Made by a program: the position numbers and the translations under genes. From Candidatus Omnitrophota bacterium (GTDB taxonomy: Bacteria > Omnitrophota > Gorgyraeia > Gygaellales > Profunditerraquicolaceae): a DNA stretch of 64,000 nucleotides. Shown piece by piece: positions 47,370 through 57,752 of this stretch (the stretch's first letter is position 1; every line of letters begins with the position of its first letter). The stretch covers positions 171,931 through 235,930 of the forward strand of contig JBAZKL010000001.1 of NCBI GenBank assembly GCA_041650835.1, given 5' to 3'. Under the pieces are notes generated by a model, which did no database searches, was not told the origin of the DNA, and worked only from the letters and a program-made list of their open reading frames with translations.

Positions 47370-47395
47370 ATACATCACCGGACTGTTTTTGTCAA
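47367..47395 (-). promoter_or_regulatory. Sigma70-type promoter of fur: TTGACA-N17-TATATT
   Basis: Minus strand: TTGACA (47390..47395), 17-nt spacer, TATATT (47367..47372). About 35 nt upstream of the fur ATG at 47332. Confidence 0.5.
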
Positions 47396-47415
47396 TCTTT
47401 TTTATTCCAAGACAT

Positions 47416-47457
47416 CCCCTCACGTAAGCATTTGTAAATTCCTTCGCCTCCTGGACT
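47416..47457. repeat. Repeat R2 copy a (between cgs stop and fur promoter)
   Basis: CCCCTCACGTAAGCATTTGTAAATTCCTTCGCCTCCTGGACT, ~80% identical to 56600..56640, with a 22-nt identical core AAATTCCTTCGCCTCCTG. Confidence 0.6.
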
Positions 47458-47525
47458 GGATTTAACGGTAGATAGATATCAAAAGCCCACCTAAAAGAGA
47501 TAGACATCAGGCTTGTTTTCTATGT

Positions 47526-50500
47526 TCATCCGATCTTCACTTCCACTGAATGCTCTACCCGATCATCAATGAGCTGTACCGCCATTTCCTTCTGCGCGAC
47601 ACCATCCACCTCAATAGACGTCAAACGGCCTGACGGTCCCAAACACACAAATGTAATGTGATAAAAAGTCTCCCTGTATCGGTAATGCAGCTTCCAAGAA
47701 GTCCAGCCCGCGGGAAGACACGGCTCGAAATAGATCCTGTCCACTTTCAACCGAATCCCCAGTAAATACTTCACGATAAGCTGATACATCCAACCGGCGG
47801 ATCCGGTGTACCATGTCCATCCACCGCGTCCGGTGAGGCCGGCAGAGGCATACACATCCGCCGCCATCACGAACGGCTCCACCTTGTAAACAGCGCACTT
47901 ATCCGCAGTATCGCAATGACGCACCGGGTTGATCATATCGAACAACTCCCAGGCCCGTTTTTTATCACCCAATACCGCGAACGCGATCGCCGCCCAGATC
48001 GCAGCATGCGTGTACTGTCCCCCGTTCTCCCTCACTCCGGGGACATAGCCTTTGATGTATCCCGGGTTAGGAAAAGCCTTATCAAAAGGAGGATCGAACA
48101 ATCTCACGAGCGCGTGCTTCCTGTCGACAAGCTGCCGGTCCACCTGCTCCATGGCCTTTCGGGCTCTGTCCCCCTGAGCCGCGCCCGAAAGAACCGCCCA
48201 GGATTGCGGGATCGAATCGATCCGGCATTCGCTGTTCAAGGAAGAACCCAAAGGTTCCCCATTGTCAAAATAGGCCCGGCGATACCATTGCCCGTCCCAG
48301 CCATACTTTTCAATATTCTTGGAAAGCTTCTCTGACTCCTCAACACAGAATTCCGAAAAAACCTTATCCTCACGCTGAGCTGCCAGGGCCGCCATCGACT
48401 TAAGGACATCGAAAAGAAAAAAAGCAAGCCAAACGCTTTCGCCTTTTCCTTCGCGCCCGACCAGATTCATCCCGTCATTCCAGTCACCGCTTCCCATAAG
48501 AGGAAGGCCATGAACGCCGAACTGCAAACCTCTTTTCACGCTTAAAACACAATGTTCATAAAGTGTCCCGGTACGAGCGGAGATTCTCGGCATATCGTAG
48601 TAAGATTCTTCTCCCTGCTTGACCAGGGGCCCTTCCAGGAACCCAGCAATTTCATCAAGGATCCCTGTATCCCCGATATTTTCGACATACAGGCAGGTCA
48701 CCAACGGAAGCCATAAATAATCATCCGAACACAGACTACGGACCCCCCGGCCGGAAGGCGGATGCCACCAGTGCTGCACATCTCCCTCCACAAACTGGCG
48801 CGCGGCAAAGCTCAGCAATTGTTCCCGGACCATTTCCGGCTTCGAATGGAGGAGCGCCATCACATCCTGGAGCTGGTCCCGGAAGCCGAAAGCCCCGCCG
48901 GATTGATAAAAACCGCTTCGGCCCATGAGGCGTGAGCTTATGAGCTGATATTGCAGCCATCCGTTGACGAGAAAATTGATCGAGGCATCGGAGGTTTCCA
49001 CATACACAACGCCCAGGGTACGTTTCCAGTATTCCCACACCCTTTCAAGCTCCTGACGTGCCGCCTCGACACCGCCAAAACGCCGGACGAGGTCCCGCGC
49101 CTCGTCCATCGTTCTCCCGGATCCAAAAGTAAAAACTATCTCTTTCTGCTGACCATCCTCTATTTCAAACTTCACCTGCGTGGCAACGCACGGATCAATC
49201 CCCGCGCCCACTTTTCCGGAAAGCCTATCCCTTCGCATCACGGAAGGCGATCGCATAGTGCCGTTCCTTCCGATAAATTCGATCCGGTCCCCGGTCACGA
49301 ATCGCGCCGGTTCGCTCACATCCAAAAAAACAGCGCGGGCAGGGAATTCCTTGTTATAAGGATTACGGGCGAACAGGGCGCCGCTTTTAGGGTCGACCTC
49401 GGTAAGGATATGCATGTGGTATTTATCCCGAGAAGGCCCCATGACCAGCTCATAGTACGACGTCACGGACAGGCGCCTGCGGCGGCCGGAAATATTCCTG
49501 ATCTTCAGGGCAGAGAATTTGACTCGGTCCTCCAGGGAAACGAATACCGTTAACTCCGAAACAATCCCGTTTTCGACATGCTCAAAAACGCTGTACCCGA
49601 ATCCATGGCGCGAGGTGTAACCGGCCTCGCCCCGAGCGGGTAGCGGGGTCGGTGACCAAAATCTCCCGCTCTCCTCATCGCGAATATAGAGCGCCTCTCC
49701 CGAAGCGTCCGTAACAGGATCGTTCTTCCAAGGCGTTAAACGAAATTCATGCGCGTTCTCGCTCCAGGTAAAAGCGCTGCCGCTTTCGGAAACCACCGTG
49801 CCGAAATGCCGGTTCGCCAACACATTTACCCACGGAGCGGGAGTGGTCTTCGAGCGCGAGGTCATGATCACATATTCCCGACCATCCCCGGTAAACCCTC
49901 CCAAGCCATTAAAGTAAACCAGATGAGAGCGCTCTGCGGGATCCCGGGGCTCTTCTTCCGGATCATCTTTCCTGGTGGGAACAAATGGAAGAAAATGCGC
50001 CTTGGGCTGTGTCATATCCGTCAACTGCTCCGTCAGCGTACCCCCGCGGTCAGAAATAATGATCCGCGCGGCCGTTTGCATGAGGATCCGGTCCTCATCC
50101 GACATCTGATCGGCGCGCCTTAAAAAAATACCTCCGTTACGGCCGGCTTGTTCCTTGGTATTGGCAACGATCAACCCGCTGATCCTCTCACCCAGACTAT
50201 CACGATAAATAGAACTATCTTCATTCCATATAAGAAGATCGACCGCCAGTCCTTTCATCTGCCAATAGGCATGGGCTTGCACCATCTGCACGACGAGATC
50301 GATATTGTCCTGATTTTCGATGCGGACGAGGACGATCGGGAGGTCCCCCGAAATACTGTATCCCCAAAGATCGGGCTGGCCCCGGTTATTCCGCCGCAAA
50401 ATACTCGCGCTCGCCCGCCAGGCGGGATTGGCGTACACAATAGCGCTGGTCAGACGGCCGTAGAGCTGAGCGGCCGCCTCCGTCGCATTGATCTGTTGCA

Positions 50501-53500
50501 AAACAACCTGCCCGTGGGTCCACGCCAGGTTAAAAACGCGATCAGCCAGATTCCGGTCCCTGTATTTTTCCATGAGCGCCTGCGCGGCTTCCCGGCTCTC
50601 GCATATTCCGGTTACATAATCGATCACCGCCGATTCATCCGGCTCCAGTTCGATACGGCTGCGTATGGAAACGATTGGATCGAGCACAGAACCTTCGCTG
50701 TCCGAAAGACGTCCGCTCTCCATCATCGCCGCGGGATCAGCCACCGTGCGGCCTCGCCCGATGAATTTGCCGCGGTCAGTTTCATAGGAGGCGCCCTCGA
50801 CCGCATTCCCGTGAACGGCCATCAGATGCAGCATCAAGGGAAACGCTTCTTTGTCGGAGCGCGGCCGCCTCCGGCAAAGGATCGCCTGATGGGACCTGAT
50901 AATTTCGGTCTGGACGAACAGATTACTGAATGTCCGGTGGGCCTGGTCGCTTGCCGGATCATTCAAAACGACTTCCGCGTAACTGGTAATTTCTATGATA
51001 CGCCTATTGCGGGACTGGTTGGTGATCGTCACCCGGCGAAGCTCGATATCATCTTCCGGAGAAACCGCGATCTCGGTATGCGTCTCGATCTGATGGTCCC
51101 TGCGTTTAAATTCTACCCACGCCTGGGAAAACAAGGCTTCATAATACTTAGGGGTTTTTTGTGCCGGCTGATACGCCGAAGACCAGAACTTGCCGGACTC
51201 CGCGTCCCTGAGATAAATAAATGTCCCGTCATTATCCAACGCCGAATCCTCGCGCCAGCGCGTCACGGCGATATTTTGCCAGCGGCTGTACCCGCCTCCG
51301 GCGTTGCTGACCATCACATGGTAGCGGCCGTTGGAAAGCGGATGGACCTCCGGCACCGGAGTTTGAGGGGTTGTGAACACCCTCAAAAGGGTTTCCCTGT
51401 CCCCGAATTTCCTAAGCATTCCGGTTACTTCGAAATCGTAGAGGAAAGGCTCGATGGTGGGAACCCGCTCTTGAAGAAGAAGTTCGGCTGATTTAAACAT
51501 CGGCTCGGCAAGAAAACGTCTTTGCATAGGCCGGTCCAGAAGCACGCAGGCCAGAGATAACAAACTCATACCCTGATGATGCGCCATAAAAGATTTAACG
51601 ATCGCCCGGGTTTCATCCGGAGCAAGGCGCGCGGGCGTGTAATCAATCGCTTCATAGAAGCCATAGAGCCCTCCGGCTCCTTCATCGAATAAGCGTTCGA
51701 GATTTTCGCAAGCCTTCTCCGGCGCCACCATCAAAGCCAGCATCGAAGCATAGGGAGCCACGACAAGATCCTCGGCGAGGCCACGCTTGAAACCCATGTT
51801 CGGAATTCCGAACGACTGATACTGATACACCTTGGTCGCGTCGACCTTATTGTAACCGGACTCTGAGATCCCCCAGGGAATATTGTTCTCGGCCGCATAG
51901 CGGATCTGGCCGCTGACCGCGGCCTTGCAGGTCTCATCCAGCAGGCTCCCCGCATAGGTCGGCATCACCAGGAGCGGCATGAGATACTCAAACATCGACC
52001 CACCCCAGGAAACCAAAACAGGATCTCCTTCGCATTTTGCGATCATCCTGCCGAGCTTGAACCAATGATCCTGGGGCATTCTCCCCTGGGCGATGGCGAC
52101 AAAACTGCAAAACCTGGCCTCGGAGGCCAAAAGGTCATAACAACCCCGCTCCATCTTGTGCTCGCTGACATTGTATCCGATGGAAAGAAGATGGGTATTT
52201 TTATCATAGAGGAATTCATATTCTATACCGGAGATCTCGTTACAGCGCAGCACGATATAATCGATGGCTTTGATCCTTTCGGTGGAACGTGTCCCGGCAT
52301 TCTTGATCGTGTCACGAAGCTTCAAAAACCATTCGCGGACCTTTTTCGACTCATCATCTATGACAGGCATGGCCCTCAGGATCTCCTCGATAAGCGGGAC
52401 CAGCTTCTGCTCAAGCCTCGCTACTTCCCCAAGTATGGGGATCTCGTCCAAATACCGCAAAGCCTCCCTAAGCTGAACAAGCCGTTCCTGCTGATGTTCA
52501 TCCCCCCCATCCCACATCCCCGGTATTTCCGGCGCGAGCAAGATCCAGGGAGCGATAAAAGACATATCCTCCAGAAAGTCGTAATACTGCCGCTCGAAGG
52601 CGCGGGCCCATTTTTTGCTTTGCTCAGAATGCTTATGGTCCAGACCCGTTAAAACCTTTGCAATATCCGTGGAAAGTTGGCGTAAAAACGTATAGATCTC
52701 CGAAAGACGCGCGGGGGACAACGCGCACTTTTCCTGAAATTGCTTGATCTTTTCGGGAAATTGCGCCAGGGATCCGGCGACATCACCCTTGCAGCTTTTC
52801 TCAAGCTCGGCCACACTTTGACGCAGTATCTCCAGGGTATCTCTCAGCCCGTCAAATATCTTCGCGGAGACGATCTTCTGAAGGTTCAATTCCGCAAGCC
52901 CCGAACGCAGGACCAGCAAATGGCCAACCAAGTTCCCGCTATCCACCGATGAGATATACAGAGGCGTCAGGGGCTTAAGCGTCTGGGTGTCGTACCAATT
53001 GTAAAAATGCCCCCTGAATCTTTCCATAAGATTCAGAGTATCAAATGTTTTTTCTGTCCTGTTAAACATCATCCCCATGGAAATATATCCGAAATCATAG
53101 GCGGTCAAATTTGCAAGAAGCGACAGGCCGATATTCGTCGGCGAAGTCCTATGGGCCAGAACGCTGACAGGCTCTTCCTGAAAATTGTCAGGCGGCAGCC
53201 AATGGTCATTCTCGGTAACAAAATTCTCAAAGAACGCCCAGGTCATCCGGGCAAGCTTCCTTAAGAAAAGTACCTGCGACTGGGAAAGCATGATCTTCCG
53301 GGGAGAGGAAGGCTGACTGATCATATACGCCGCCGCGGGAGAAACGAACCACAGGCTTAAAAAGATCAAAGCCAATCCGTCGAAGCGCGGGAATAGCCCC
53401 GAAAAAAGAACCATCAGCACAACGGCGGCAACCGGCGTAAACCACATGCTCCTGTAGTAGCCTGAAATATGGGTCGATGAGGAAACTTCCGATTCAAGGG

Positions 53501-56315
53501 AAGTATTCCAATTCAACAAACGTTTCCTTGACACTGACATTCTCCACAACGTCCGCGCGATCGCGTCCAGGCAATAAAAAGCCTCGTGCAGCAAAAAAAC
53601 AAACGAGAAGAAAAACCGGAGCGTGTTCTTCTTAAGCGAGGATAACACCAATTCAAAATGGGCCTTGAAGGTCAAGTGCTCCGATTTCCTCACCGCCTCC
53701 GCTAAAGACATCGGCACAAGGGGAAAACCAAGCAGAGCGATGACGAAAGCCGACCATATCCAAGAGGGCTGATAAAACATCCAACCTGATAAAAGCAGTA
53801 TCACTGTCGATAAAGGAACGAGGCTGCGCCTCAAGTTATCGGCGATCTTCCATTGGGACAGCCAGGAGATCGGATTCTTGACTTTTGAGCCATTGGCCCC
53901 GGGTACCGAAGAGAACAGCCAGGGGGAGATCTGCCAGTCCCCGCAAACCCAGCGATGCCTGCGCCTTGAGTCATTAAGATACCCCGGAGGATACCCCTCG
54001 TAAAATTGGATATCGGTCACAAGCCCTGACCGGGCGTAACATCCTTCCAAAAGATCATGGCTCAGTATACGATTTTCCGGAAAACGGCCTTCCATGGACC
54101 GTTCGAAGGCAGCCACATCATAAAGCCCTTTCCCGATAAAAGACCCCTCGAAGAAAAAATCCTGGTACACATCGGAGACCGCTTTGGTATAAGGATCAAT
54201 CCCGGTATCGCCTCCGAAGATCCTCACGAACAAAGAAGGATTTTCTCCCGGATAGCTGGATTCTACCCTGGGCTGGAGGATCCCGTAGCCGGAAATAACA
54301 CGTTGTTTTTTTTCATCATAAACCGGCCGGTTAAGGGGATGCGCGATGACCCCCACCAGATCCCGGGCCGCGTTGCGGGACATCCGGGTATCCGCGTCCA
54401 GCGTAATGACATATTTGACCTCATGAAGCCTCTGGAGATTGCCGATAATCACGCTAAAACGGCCCTCGCCTTTTCCGCGAAGGAAAGCGTTCAGATCACC
54501 CAGCTTACCCCGCTTGCGTTCGTACCCCATCCACACCTTTTCTCTTTCATTCCATAGGCGGGGCCTGTGGAAAAGAGAGAAAACTTGATCTTTCTGCCGC
54601 CGGTATTTGTAATTCAACTGCTCGATCCCGTTTATGACCTGCGCCAGAAGCGCTTCATCCTCCGCCATCGTCTCCTGTTGCGCATCGCAAAAATCCGTCA
54701 AAAGCGCGAAATCCGTATTCGCGTCAATATTCGCCAAATACCGGACCTCCAATCCTTCCAGAAGCGAGTCAATTGTCCGCGCGTCTCTGATCATACAGGG
54801 AACCACGGCCAGTGTATGAGCATAGGCGGGAATTCCTTCTGAAAAGTCCATCCGGGGAAGATTTTGGGGCCGCACGAGCATCATGGAAAACCAATTCACC
54901 AGCGAAACTGCCGTCTGGCTTGACGTAAGCATAAGCGATACCCCGAATAAAACAAGCCACGGCCGGCTCAAGATCACCGCCGGCCGCAACCAATACAAAA
55001 CGCCGATGGTAAAAACAAGAGTCACAAAAACAATAGAACCGAAAAATAAAAAAGACGACCAATAAGTTTTTTTTGCCTGCAGATACTGGCTCAGTGGCAA
55101 ACGCAGGCCCAATTCGCGGCAAAAAAACGCCAATCCCCGGTCGAGAAGGTAAAAACCTACATGCGCCGTGACGTGAGCGGGGCCTTTTTCCGTTTTCGCT
55201 TTCTTCGCCAGCAGGATGGCGCGCGCCGCAACCTCTTCCTCCGAGATCCTGCTTCTCAAGGAAAGTTTCTCAATGACATGCCGGTAGCGGTCGCGGGTGG
55301 CGAAAGACATCAGGGGATAATCCCCCGAGGGATCCTGACCTAAAACTTTTTCCATAAAGCTCAGGGCTTCGACAAAATCATGCCAATCGGTACCCCCCAG
55401 AAGACGCAGGCTCCCGATCGTATTCGCGATCGAAACCTGGTCAGCCGCCTGTTTCTGGCCGGTCGCCCGGATCATCCTATCAAGGGTCTCCCCTTGCTCC
55501 GAAAGCTTCTTTTCCAGCCAGGTAAAAGGAAGATTAAGCGCCTGACTCTGGCTATGCAAACGCCGGGTGAATTCCGCGACAAAAACATCGGAAAGCGGAG
55601 GGTTACTCCTGGACATCGCCGCTATTTCAAAGATCACCCCGTCGGAATCTTTGGCTGAGACCTCCAGGATCCGCGTCGCCCAATAATTCGCCTTATCTCT
55701 TTCTGTTTGCGCTACGATCAACCGGGAGGAAACGCGCCTTAAATTCTCAATAAGCGCGAGCCTTAACATGATAGGAATAGCCCAGAGTTCGCCGAGCTTC
55801 AAGTGGCTGACGCTTTGATAGGCAGTGACAAACTCCGTAAGCCCCTGGTTATCCAGCCGTCCGTCGCCGTGAGAAACAAGTTCCATGGCAAGCTCATACA
55901 CGCGAGGATAACCGACAAACGGCCCCGAAGAAAGATGGGGTAATTCACGAATGTAATTCTCCGGAAGATATTTCTGGGCGAGCCGTATCTGCTCCTCAAT
56001 AAGGTAATAGTTATCCAGAAGCCATTCTCCGGCAGGGGAGATCTTTCGTTTGGATTTACCGGTCACATTAAGGAGTTCATGGACCTCGGCAAGGACCTTT
56101 TCATTCTGCTTCAGCCGCAGCAATAGCCTGTTGCGTCCCTTTTTGTAGCTGACCAGGCGGCCATGGGCCAGGCTTTTTGCGTGCGCCTTGAACTGCTCAA
56201 TGTTAAAAAGCTCGGCGCGCAGAGGCTGTTCCTCGGCAATCCTGTTCCTATCCAGAAAATCGCCAAGACGCATTTTAAAAGGCAGCATATAGTCTTGAAA
56301 AGGCTTCTGCGGCAA
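47526..56315 (-). CDS. cgs: Cyclic beta-1,2-glucan synthase (Cgs/NdvB/ChvB-like; GT84 glycosyltransferase + GH94 phosphorylase domains)
   Basis: 2929 aa. N-terminal region, then TM segments, a GT domain (LDADT, ILQPRV), more TM helices, and a C-terminal GH94 cellobiose-phosphorylase-like catalytic domain (FGFRDQLQDVMALL…WYTGSAGW). Size and order match Cgs/NdvB (~2830-2870 aa). Confidence 0.85.
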   Translation of the reverse strand: MPQKPFQDYMLPFKMRLGDFLDRNRIAEEQPLRAELFNIEQFKAHAKSLAHGRLVSYKKGRNRLLLRLKQNEKVLAEVHELLNVTGKSKRKISPAGEWLLDNYYLIEEQIRLAQKYLPENYIRELPHLSSGPFVGYPRVYELAMELVSHGDGRLDNQGLTEFVTAYQSVSHLKLGELWAIPIMLRLALIENLRRVSSRLIVAQTERDKANYWATRILEVSAKDSDGVIFEIAAMSRSNPPLSDVFVAEFTRRLHSQSQALNLPFTWLEKKLSEQGETLDRMIRATGQKQAADQVSIANTIGSLRLLGGTDWHDFVEALSFMEKVLGQDPSGDYPLMSFATRDRYRHVIEKLSLRSRISEEEVAARAILLAKKAKTEKGPAHVTAHVGFYLLDRGLAFFCRELGLRLPLSQYLQAKKTYWSSFLFFGSIVFVTLVFTIGVLYWLRPAVILSRPWLVLFGVSLMLTSSQTAVSLVNWFSMMLVRPQNLPRMDFSEGIPAYAHTLAVVPCMIRDARTIDSLLEGLEVRYLANIDANTDFALLTDFCDAQQETMAEDEALLAQVINGIEQLNYKYRRQKDQVFSLFHRPRLWNEREKVWMGYERKRGKLGDLNAFLRGKGEGRFSVIIGNLQRLHEVKYVITLDADTRMSRNAARDLVGVIAHPLNRPVYDEKKQRVISGYGILQPRVESSYPGENPSLFVRIFGGDTGIDPYTKAVSDVYQDFFFEGSFIGKGLYDVAAFERSMEGRFPENRILSHDLLEGCYARSGLVTDIQFYEGYPPGYLNDSRRRHRWVCGDWQISPWLFSSVPGANGSKVKNPISWLSQWKIADNLRRSLVPLSTVILLLSGWMFYQPSWIWSAFVIALLGFPLVPMSLAEAVRKSEHLTFKAHFELVLSSLKKNTLRFFFSFVFLLHEAFYCLDAIARTLWRMSVSRKRLLNWNTSLESEVSSSTHISGYYRSMWFTPVAAVVLMVLFSGLFPRFDGLALIFLSLWFVSPAAAYMISQPSSPRKIMLSQSQVLFLRKLARMTWAFFENFVTENDHWLPPDNFQEEPVSVLAHRTSPTNIGLSLLANLTAYDFGYISMGMMFNRTEKTFDTLNLMERFRGHFYNWYDTQTLKPLTPLYISSVDSGNLVGHLLVLRSGLAELNLQKIVSAKIFDGLRDTLEILRQSVAELEKSCKGDVAGSLAQFPEKIKQFQEKCALSPARLSEIYTFLRQLSTDIAKVLTGLDHKHSEQSKKWARAFERQYYDFLEDMSFIAPWILLAPEIPGMWDGGDEHQQERLVQLREALRYLDEIPILGEVARLEQKLVPLIEEILRAMPVIDDESKKVREWFLKLRDTIKNAGTRSTERIKAIDYIVLRCNEISGIEYEFLYDKNTHLLSIGYNVSEHKMERGCYDLLASEARFCSFVAIAQGRMPQDHWFKLGRMIAKCEGDPVLVSWGGSMFEYLMPLLVMPTYAGSLLDETCKAAVSGQIRYAAENNIPWGISESGYNKVDATKVYQYQSFGIPNMGFKRGLAEDLVVAPYASMLALMVAPEKACENLERLFDEGAGGLYGFYEAIDYTPARLAPDETRAIVKSFMAHHQGMSLLSLACVLLDRPMQRRFLAEPMFKSAELLLQERVPTIEPFLYDFEVTGMLRKFGDRETLLRVFTTPQTPVPEVHPLSNGRYHVMVSNAGGGYSRWQNIAVTRWREDSALDNDGTFIYLRDAESGKFWSSAYQPAQKTPKYYEALFSQAWVEFKRRDHQIETHTEIAVSPEDDIELRRVTITNQSRNRRIIEITSYAEVVLNDPASDQAHRTFSNLFVQTEIIRSHQAILCRRRPRSDKEAFPLMLHLMAVHGNAVEGASYETDRGKFIGRGRTVADPAAMMESGRLSDSEGSVLDPIVSIRSRIELEPDESAVIDYVTGICESREAAQALMEKYRDRNLADRVFNLAWTHGQVVLQQINATEAAAQLYGRLTSAIVYANPAWRASASILRRNNRGQPDLWGYSISGDLPIVLVRIENQDNIDLVVQMVQAHAYWQMKGLAVDLLIWNEDSSIYRDSLGERISGLIVANTKEQAGRNGGIFLRRADQMSDEDRILMQTAARIIISDRGGTLTEQLTDMTQPKAHFLPFVPTRKDDPEEEPRDPAERSHLVYFNGLGGFTGDGREYVIMTSRSKTTPAPWVNVLANRHFGTVVSESGSAFTWSENAHEFRLTPWKNDPVTDASGEALYIRDEESGRFWSPTPLPARGEAGYTSRHGFGYSVFEHVENGIVSELTVFVSLEDRVKFSALKIRNISGRRRRLSVTSYYELVMGPSRDKYHMHILTEVDPKSGALFARNPYNKEFPARAVFLDVSEPARFVTGDRIEFIGRNGTMRSPSVMRRDRLSGKVGAGIDPCVATQVKFEIEDGQQKEIVFTFGSGRTMDEARDLVRRFGGVEAARQELERVWEYWKRTLGVVYVETSDASINFLVNGWLQYQLISSRLMGRSGFYQSGGAFGFRDQLQDVMALLHSKPEMVREQLLSFAARQFVEGDVQHWWHPPSGRGVRSLCSDDYLWLPLVTCLYVENIGDTGILDEIAGFLEGPLVKQGEESYYDMPRISARTGTLYEHCVLSVKRGLQFGVHGLPLMGSGDWNDGMNLVGREGKGESVWLAFFLFDVLKSMAALAAQREDKVFSEFCVEESEKLSKNIEKYGWDGQWYRRAYFDNGEPLGSSLNSECRIDSIPQSWAVLSGAAQGDRARKAMEQVDRQLVDRKHALVRLFDPPFDKAFPNPGYIKGYVPGVRENGGQYTHAAIWAAIAFAVLGDKKRAWELFDMINPVRHCDTADKCAVYKVEPFVMAADVYASAGLTGRGGWTWYTGSAGWMYQLIVKYLLGIRLKVDRIYFEPCLPAGWTSWKLHYRYRETFYHITFVCLGPSGRLTSIEVDGVAQKEMAVQLIDDRVEHSVEVKIG

Positions 56316-56599
56316 AGCGGGCTCCTGTTCCTATTCGGTAAGCGAGACGTTGGAAAGATAAAATTTTTAGGATGATGAATGCTTCAAAGATTATTATACA
56401 CCTCAAAGCGAAATTTCTGCTATACAAAATCTCCGAGCTGATCTTATATACCGGCCCCCTCACTCTTACGAACATCGCTACTTCAAAAGGCCCATAACCG
56501 CTGGCGCGACCATAGACCTCCCTTGGTTATATTATACCAAAAGAGTTACCTAATTACTGAGCATTAACAATGCTTCTCATCCTAAGCAGTCTATATTTG

Positions 56600-56640
56600 C
56601 CCCTCGCCTAAACACTTGCAAATTCCTTCGCCTCCTGACT
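56600..56640. repeat. Repeat R2 copy b (far upstream of cgs start, just after the stop of 56653..57591)
   Basis: CCCCTCGCCTAAACACTTGCAAATTCCTTCGCCTCCTGACT. Confidence 0.6.
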
Positions 56641-56652
56641 AAGTCAGTCGGC

Positions 56653-57591
56653 CTATCGTAACGTCAGTTTATCAAGTATCTGATACAAAACCCCTCCTGC
56701 GACGTCAAGTTTGGGGAACATATATTTGCGCGCGGAAATCGTAATTTCAGTCTTATTGTCTACGCCTTTCCTGAATATAAGCGCCACCATCGCTCCATGA
56801 ATATTGGCTTTGATCACTCCATCTGACGCAAGATCTTTAGTGATTTTACCCATACGCTTTACCACCTCGAGACTTACTTTATAGACATGTTCAAAACCGG
56901 CATCGACGGTTTGCTGCACATAATCTTTACCTATAAATGTCGCTGCTACGGCAACCGGCAGCACCGCTACACCCGTTAACAGAGCAGCGCCGTAGATCTT
57001 GGCGTTCTTTATTGCGGCAGCCTTCATAGGTTCTGCAAGCACAAGCAAAGCCAACTGTTGAGCAGAGGGAACACCCTTATAACTTTTATGCCTATTAACA
57101 TCATAGACTCGCACACCGGGTTGGGTGCCGGCCGTGTAGTCCTTGTAAACAATCTTGCCGATGCTTAAGGTGAGGAGATCGATTTGCATAGGAGTAGACG
57201 GAGAAGACTTTGATTCTTTCGCTATCTTTAATGAATCCACATTGAGTTTGCCTTCAGTATTTTTTGTAAGCCCCATCTCTTTTAATTCGATCTCCACAAG
57301 TAAAAAATGACGCTTCTGCTTAAATAAGGTCGCTCGATCATATATGACTTTTATTTTAGGACAAGATACCAGTATGCCTTCAGGGAAGCCTCCGGGATTA
57401 TACATTTTAAATCCGGATATGTGTATAGTTGAGCTTAAAAGATTCAATGAGAAACCGTCCATATGTACCGGTGCTCCTGTGATGCGCGAGGCGGCCGTTG
57501 TTACCACGGATTTAATGATCAGATTTTTAAAAATTGAGATACACGCCAAAGAAATGAACACTATCACGAGCACTATAAGAAATTTCTTCAT
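56653..57591 (-). CDS. Membrane-anchored hypothetical protein
   Basis: N-terminal TM (LIVLVIVFISLACISIF), beta-rich periplasmic portion; family not recognised. Confidence 0.4.
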   Translation of the reverse strand: MKKFLIVLVIVFISLACISIFKNLIIKSVVTTAASRITGAPVHMDGFSLNLLSSTIHISGFKMYNPGGFPEGILVSCPKIKVIYDRATLFKQKRHFLLVEIELKEMGLTKNTEGKLNVDSLKIAKESKSSPSTPMQIDLLTLSIGKIVYKDYTAGTQPGVRVYDVNRHKSYKGVPSAQQLALLVLAEPMKAAAIKNAKIYGAALLTGVAVLPVAVAATFIGKDYVQQTVDAGFEHVYKVSLEVVKRMGKITKDLASDGVIKANIHGAMVALIFRKGVDNKTEITISARKYMFPKLDVAGGVLYQILDKLTLR

Positions 57592-57752
57592 AGGAGCCTC
57601 CCCATCACGCTCATTCTGCCTTCACGAGAACCCTTCTTGATTCCGAGCTAAACCTAAAAACCCAACTACTCAGGCGGCCGATCAAGCGATCAGACGCCAG
57701 AGTGCCTTGCCAGTAGGTGCGCCCGCATCATTCATTTCCTGATTTACGCCCT

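Noticed and set aside
47416-56640. Short uORFs inside R2 (minus-strand AGGAGG…ATG CTT ACG TGA, or GTG-initiated 12-codon ORF in copy b)
   Set aside because: The two copies do not conserve the reading frame or length. The AGGAGG is most likely coincidental within the conserved motif.
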